A stretch of DNA of 64,000 nucleotides, from NCBI GenBank assembly GCA_964057225.1, contig OZ059895.1, forward strand, positions 17,360,001 to 17,424,000, read 5' to 3'. Shown here piece after piece: positions 23,926-31,700 of the stretch. The stretch's first letter is position 1. Each line of letters starts with the position of its first letter. The stretch is from Auanema rhodensis. Its lineage: Eukaryota; Animalia; Nematoda. The notes beneath the pieces are model-generated. The model searched no databases. It saw only the letters and a program-made list of their open reading frames with translations, and had not been told where the DNA came from. Made by a program: the position numbers and the translations under genes.

Positions 23926-24895
23926 TCGAACTCATTTTTGTCGCAAAAACTCGCATAAAAAGTCCATATTTTGATATCTAAATTAAAACTTCCTCCACGG
24001 TTAGCAACATAATGAGGGCGCCAACTTGTATAAGGTGCAGGTACAAGGGATCTCTCTTTTAGAGAGCTAGGACTACATAATTTTGAAATTTCACCCGCTG
24101 TCCCCACTCATAAAACCGTCTGAGTGTCCACCCTTATAATACCGTATCCTGCACCGCTTCTCTTGCATTTTTTTTTGAGGACGTTTGGATCGAAATAGGG
24201 GACAATTTCACCAAACGAAATTTTGATTACATTATTATTTGGCAACGAGGAGTTAGAATGAAATTTTGAAAGCGCACAAAGTTTAATATTTTATTGTGGT
24301 CAGGACTAGAGATTTGAAAGTTAAATTCAGGCGTAAAAGAGCATGCTAACTAAATATTTTTGCGGGAGCCGTTATTCGGTTTTTATTTTTTTTTTGATTG
24401 TGAGAATAGACCACACTAGTCCGAAAAATCCTGGCACAAATTTTATTGCCTGTCAGGTCATTTTGGCGAAAGCACATGGGCTACGGATGTTTTCTTCTCC
24501 GTAGAATGTGTCACCTTCCTCAGCTCATTTTTGTTGCTAACATCATAAGATATTCCCACACACCTACCGTAGTATTCATATTGTAATATTCTATAAATTA
24601 GTAGAATGGTTTAAAGAAAAAAATTGCGTTTTATAAACGAGCTTTGGTCTCAGTCCATTAGTAAAATGAGCAATCTTTTTAAATATTCTCGGAATCTCAT
24701 TAGCATGCCAAAATCATTCCGAAAAAGAATCGCCCACGGCTTTTAATAATAACGTGCACATGAGCCATTTTCCCAAGGCGCACGCACTCCTTCTTTATTA
24801 ATAAGCTCGACCAAAGTTTGTGTTATGGAAAAAAAAAAAAAAGAGAGAGAGAACAAATGAGTGAAATTAAGTATTTATTATATATGAAACAATTG

Positions 24896-25429
24896 TTAAA
24901 AGCCCCATTTAAAATGCAACTGTCTCACAAATTCTATAGGCTGTGAGATGGGCTCATCGCTAGGCTCTAAATACTGCGAATACACCGAATCCGCAGAGGT
25001 CCTTAGCAATAAGCCCATAGGAGACTGTTCATAAAATAAATAAATTTTAAACAAAATTTTAGACATATAATCATAAAAATCATGAGACTTATGCTCATAC
25101 CAATTCCAAGGGGATGCGACCAGATTTGGGTTTTCATACCAATGCGCGCACAAGTCGGTGAGGCACCATCGCCGGATAGCTGCAACCTCATCCGCTATTT
25201 CCTGCATTAGGGAGAAGTTTACTAATCCCCTTCCCAGATAATGCATCTTTAAATCCTCAATAAACTAAAAATTCTTATTAAGATAACATGTTTCTTTGTT
25301 TTAACCAACCATCTTAATTATGTCTGGGTGCGGCCTATAAGCTAACACTTCGTCTTGATCATACAAGACGAGGTCAGCGTACAGCTTCCTCAAGACAAAA
25401 GTCATTCCCGATAGACCTTCATAAGCCAT
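24896..25429 (-). CDS. Candidate two-exon antisense accessory gene in the E2 leader (~162 aa; exons 25429-25310 and 25264-24896)
   Basis: Two adjacent minus-strand ORFs join in frame (…DIIKM|FIEDLKMHYLG…) across a 45-nt GTTGGT…TTTTTAG intron. No homologue recognised. Confidence 0.55.
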
Positions 25430-25789
25430 TCTTTGATTTATTTTTTTTTTTTCAGCTCTACAAATATAAAGATTCTTATGCATAAAAAGGGGACATAAAA
25501 CGACTGAAAATCTCTCTCATACTTTCAAGAATTCAATTAGAGTAAAGTATTAAGATTGAGGCTAGAAAGAGCGAAGACCAAAAAAAATTTATAATTGATG
25601 AACATCTGTGAAATAGAATAAAGAAAAGAGAATACGGTAGATAGGCGGAGCCAGATCTCAGGCCAAGATTTTAAAACTCTTTCTCATCTAATAACGATTC
25701 TCGGCGAAAGACGCCACGTCTCAATCTTCAAACGTTTCTTACTTTTCCTATAACCGACCCGAATTTCTTGTCACTCATTCAACGTCAAC

Positions 25790-28700
25790 ATCCCCCATAT
25801 AACGAAACACTCGCGGTTTTTCCGAACCAAGAGTGATTCCAAAGTGGCACGAAGATACTCTTCGGCCGTCCCTGCTCTATACCCTTCTGAGTCCAGTGAC
25901 GACATCGCAGTCGCCAGTCGAACCAGAAGCCGCACTCGACTCCTCAGTGTTCAGATTGAAGAGCCTGAACAAGAGGTAAAACCCAAAGTCGAGAAAACCT
26001 TCATTCCTCGAGAAGGCACGTATTCACCTCCGGACAACACCGAGGAGGACCCTGATTTCTATATTCAGGACTACAATATTCAAACTTCAGCTTCAACTCC
26101 AAAGGTACACTCTTTTAAAAGTAATAAAAAGATTCAAAAAATTCAAAAACCAAAACAAATAACCTCTAATACTTCACCAGCCACTCCCCACCTAAACTTA
26201 TCAACTTTATCAGTTAATACTGATAACGATCTTGCATCTTCTTTTGAACTAACTCTAACACCGCAGGCATTTTCCACTCCGATAGAAAACTCACAACTTA
26301 ATAAAACCTCATCTCTCACTATTCGCAAATCACCCTTATCAGTTATCACTGATAAGCTTGATTCGAAAAAGCTTGATTCTAAAAAAATTAATAAAAGAAA
26401 AACTAATACACCGCGTAGGCGCTCAACCTCTAATAATCCCGTAGAACCAAATCAGGAAATTACCGAAGTTTTGCCCTTATCACTAACTACTGATAAGTTC
26501 AAAAGTAAGAAATCTTTAACAGCTCGCTTAATAAAAGTTTTGAATTTGTCTCCAGGGGAGGTAACAACAGAACAAGTTGATAACTCTCTTCACGTATCCT
26601 CCAACCCAACCCTTAATAAGTCAGATAGCGCTATACCCAGCTCAAGCGTATCAATACATTCGACGCCTCAGGCAACGAGTCGAATTATCAAACTCCCAGG
26701 GAAGCGGTTCTCCTCAGCCGCCCCTACCATTAGTTATCCAACATCTGGTAACTCGAAAAAGGGAGGTAAGAATTTAACGGCGAGAAGCTCAGGCAGTAAA
26801 GGGATTACGTCATCTCGCACATACCCTGAGGATATACCAACCATGACGGAGACACCACGTCTTCCGGGAGCTGGTAAATCTACCATTGCGCACGCATTAA
26901 GCTCACCTTATTGCCCCATATACGACGGAAGTCGTAACTTTAGAGATTTCGTGGCAAAGTTTAATACCTTTTCTAACGCCTTAGGCTTAGTGATGCCCGA
27001 AAGACTAACTATTTTACCATTACTATTGAAAAATGATAGAGCAGAGGAAGCTTATTTAGAGCTACCTGACAAGGTCAGAACTGCTGGACCTTGGGTTACC
27101 CTAATAGAAGAGTTAACATCCAAGCTGTGTCCCGAATACAATCAAGACCCTGCCCTTATCACACTTCAAAACAGCACTCAAGGCGATTTATCAATTGATG
27201 GTTTTGCACAAACGTTAAGAAACCTCAGCTTAAATGCTTTCTCTAATAGTGATACTCATAAAGATCACATTCTGAGGTCCACATTTTTGAGAGGCTTGAA
27301 AAATACGATACGCCCAGGGGTAATTCGAGCAAAACCCAAAACTTTTGCTGAGGCTGTTGATAGTGCTCGCTGGGAGGAATCAATTGCAAACCAAGTAGCA
27401 GACCCTCAGGCGCTATTGGTTAACGCAATTGAAAGAACTTTCCCCCCGCGCAGAAACAATGGTGGGAGAGGTATGGCAAGAGGTTATCAATCTTTTAATA
27501 ATAAAAATTATCAAAATTATAATAATTATAACAATTATCATCCAAACTTTCAAAACAATCAAAATTATCATAAATTTTCAAAAAATCAAAAAGGCTGGAA
27601 TTTCCAAAACCCATTTGCTAGGAACCGCAATTTTGGTGACCGCGGTCGAAATTATCAGAATCAAAATCAAAATGGGTATCAAAGAAGCCATAATGCATCA
27701 CAAAATCAAGAAATGAGCAATAATAGACAGAGAAATAACAGTACCTTTAGGGGAAATAACAACAATAGAGGCAGAGGTAGAGGCTCAAGAGTCAATAATT
27801 TGACTCTGATATCTCCTTTGACTTTAGCCGTAGCTTTATCAGTAATCTTATCACTGGTTACAACAGCTGAAGCATACCAGCTATGTACTAAAGCTACTGG
27901 AGGAGCCCTTCTCCGTCCCCCATCTCTCCGAAAATGCTTATTACCACCAATAAAGCATATCTTACGAACAAAAGTTCATCTTTATACAAGGAATCAAACG
28001 GCACATGAATGGGATGCATGGAGATGCTCCAAAGAAATTCATAAAATGTGTATCAGAGACCTTTTGTTCCTTAGAGATACCAATACAACGATAGCGAGAA
28101 TTGAAAAGATACCAGCTGCAGAATGCAGACTGGCAGTGAGAGATAGAAGATGGAATTGGAGTGAATTAAAGAAGATCGACAGCATAACATATGCAACTGA
28201 CGAGCCTTCCTTCTCGCCAGGCCGATCTTTTAATAATGAACTATGTGAAGAGAAAGCCAGATTGGTTATCGAAAGAGGGGTTATGACACGGATGCCAGAT
28301 GAAACTATAATCTCCAATTTAATACTAAATACTGAAGGATGCTTAGCGCATCATGGAGAATGTGCATCAGATACCTCAATCATCATATGGGAGAAACAGC
28401 CTTATGAATATCGATGCAACTATATCGACATGAGTGAATATGATGTGATAATTGGAGACGGCATTATTCTGTTACCAACCACTCAATCAGCCCTTGTAAT
28501 CGATCAAAAAGAGATACCGAAGCAAATATCTTCTTGTTTTAAACAGCCAATCTTCCACACCACAACTGGCAATTACATTCTCTTACCACAGTACCCAAAT
28601 GACACCAATATCCATGTTTTAATAGAGAGAGAATATAAGAAACTTCCGGCGAAAAGAGATAAAAGAGCAATTGCGGAATGCACGGTTGAATTAAACAAGG

Positions 28701-31700
28701 AGTGGATACAAAAACAGGAAGATTTTGAAACTTTAATATTAAATATTTGTCCTTATCCTTTCTTACGACCGGTGATGAGTAATCCTGGTATTTATCAGAT
28801 AATACCGCTTATAAAGGCCAGACGAGCTGTCAACCCTTCATATTCAATTATTGACTGGGTTTCAGCACATCCCGAGAAGTTTTATTTCTTCTTAAGAAGT
28901 CCCGTATCTGATAAATCCATACAACGTTTCCTTCAAACATACGAAATACACGACCCTGAGGAAGCAATACTTTATTTTCTTGCGCAAAAGGAACTGGCAG
29001 CAACCACTCGCGGCGCTATACGGTATTTAACCTCACAACAATTATTAGAACAGATAGGTGACAGATTAACAGCACACGAATTTGACGAAAAACTGCTAGA
29101 AAAAGACGGATCCTACCGTGAAAGAGCCGAAAGCATAGCGATGGAGTTAGCTTATACACCGGTAATATTTGAAAACAATCTGTCGGTACCATCAAGGCAA
29201 GAGGTTTTAAAATCCTTTGTGAACATGCCGCCGATCCGACCAACTCTAACAACTGACAATGCTGATGAGCGTATAGTACTTAGAAACACTCTTTACTTAT
29301 ACCATAACTTGATGACATTGCGAGTAATAAGGCCAAATAAAACAGCAGCAGCCGTAGATGATGAAAAGTTCCGACAATTAACAATCAATGTGCCAGATAC
29401 CAACAAATTATATCGAGATAAAGATTCTAACTACGGTATATCGATAGGGCCCCACCCTCGCATTCAAAACCCAAGCGCAGATACACGCCAGCTACTTATA
29501 AAAACATTTTTACCACTGTTAGAGGATATTGAAACACCGCCTTATCTGACTAGAAGACTGTCATTAACGACAACAACGGACAAACCCGCTTCACTAGTTC
29601 AGGAGACAACTAAAAGCCATACGACTCGGATTCCGACGACAACCACAGTTGAGACGACAACAGCCGCGATAACTACGACTCTCTCGCCAACAACATTAGC
29701 AACAGTCACTGACACGGCGTCACGAATCTTAAGGAAACAAAGAACATCATCTCCACCCGTAGAAACCAGAGAAATTCAGGCTCAGGCAACGTATACAGCG
29801 TCAAAAGTGAACAACGAAATACAATTCAACCTCAACGTATCTCGCAGAATAGCTCAAGATCATCTACAATATACAACAACACTCATACAAGAAGAGCTAC
29901 AGAAACATTTCATGGAATCTTATGAATCCATATGTGAGATTCAAAATAGATACCTCGAGCTATGGCGTTCTATTTTACACATAGAACCTACAATAGCAAT
30001 GAGGACTATTTTAGGAAGAGAGGATATTGCAGCCCGTTTCGTAGGCAGCGATATAGTTCATGTTCATATATGCCTACCTCTTCAACCTAAAGCTGTTTAT
30101 CATAATCATAAGATCAATGATACATGCTATTTGGAAACACCAGTAATAACAGAAGATGAGAGATTATATTTTGCTGCTCCAGGATCAAGAGACTTATTAA
30201 CACATGGAAAAGAGATAGATTGCGAACATGTACCCACAGATGTATACTATCAAAATGGAGAATGGATAAATATAAATGGATCGGTTGAAGTAAAACCAAT
30301 ATCACTCTTTGATAAAGCGCAATACCACCAATTAACACCTTTAAAGTTCACAGGCGCTAACTTATACACCAATTTATCATTGAGAGTTTACTCAATGTCA
30401 ACAGCTATTGCATATGGAGCAAGTTTAGCATCCATACGACAGAACCATGTTTTACATACTATTCACAACGATCCAAAAATTACGTCCGCCTTTAATCTTT
30501 TGAAAAAGGGCAGTGACTATATCTCTAAAGCAGCTGAGTTCACAACTTCCGCCTGGACTAGCGTAAAGCAATTTCTAATAGGATCAATTGAGAGAACACT
30601 CATCTTCATAGGATCAATGGTTACGATTGCCGCAGTATTAATAATTCTTTTCGTTGTTGCTAAATTTTGGTTCTTCAGAGCCACTCCACTAACCGTAATG
30701 CATGTCCACGAAATAGATAATGAGCCCCCAAGCTATGAAGAAACATTGGAACTTGTAAGCCGCCCAGACCAACAGATGCCAGATAACATCATGAAGCAAT
30801 ACTATCCTGCTTTAGTAACATTTATTCCAATCGCAATACCATTTGTTGCTTCTATTGTATCAGCGGAAACAAAGTTACCATTAATATATATATCAGTTGA
30901 AGATAAACTGATTTTAGCTTTATGGGATTCAGGCTCATCAGTGTCATATGTTAGGCTCTCCACCCTCAAATATCTGAACATGGCCGAAAATGTCAAGAAG
31001 AGACATTTAGTAGCGATGGCAGCCAACAAGTCCACTTTCACATTTTATGGAAAGATAAATCTTGTAATTGAAATTGCCGGTTACGAGATCGAACACACCT
31101 TTTTGGTCTCAAACGATCATGACTGTCCTGCTCCCGCTTTAATTGGACTAGATTTCATGAAAGCGCTTGACAGCGAAAACATCGACGTCAGCCTTAAACC
31201 ATCCAAGAAGAGGTTGGAGATTGGAAACAATGCCATCCCATTAATAGGAAACGAATCTATTAAGCATACGGAGATAACTGTGAATATCATTAATTTAAGA
31301 ACAAAAACATTAAAGCCTGATGAAGAGGCACCTATCCCAATAAAGACAGATAAACCACTAGAATCTAACGAAGTGGTTGTCTTAGGGGATAGTGGAAGCG
31401 CATTAAAATCATTATATCCAACTGCGTTTCGTGATACCAGTGGAGTATATGTTATGTTCCGTAACAATACCGATGAAACAATAGCTATGGAAGCTAATTC
31501 AGTCATCGGACAGGCAATAATTGGAGAAATTCCGGCTTGTGAACCCTTTAAGCATAAGCCAATTCTACCATATGTTCCGCCAGAGGCCGATTGGGAGAGT
31601 AAACTACCATATTTTCCAAGAGACTTCATAAAAGATCTTGATCTAGAGAATGCTGATCTCACGAAAGAAGAAAAACATGAGCTTACAAAAATAATTGAAA

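Noticed and set aside
25441-25455. Sense-strand T-rich TTTCAG splice acceptor upstream of the E2 ORF as the source of the missing start codon
   Set aside because: It lies ~335 nt upstream of the ORF with an in-frame stop (25751) in between, and no counterpart is seen in E1. It could still be a trans-splice site but does not supply an AUG.
29560-29720. Functional link between the Thr-rich Env stalk and the tRNA-Thr array
   Set aside because: tRNAs act in trans and the stalk uses mostly ACA/ACG codons; treated as coincidence.
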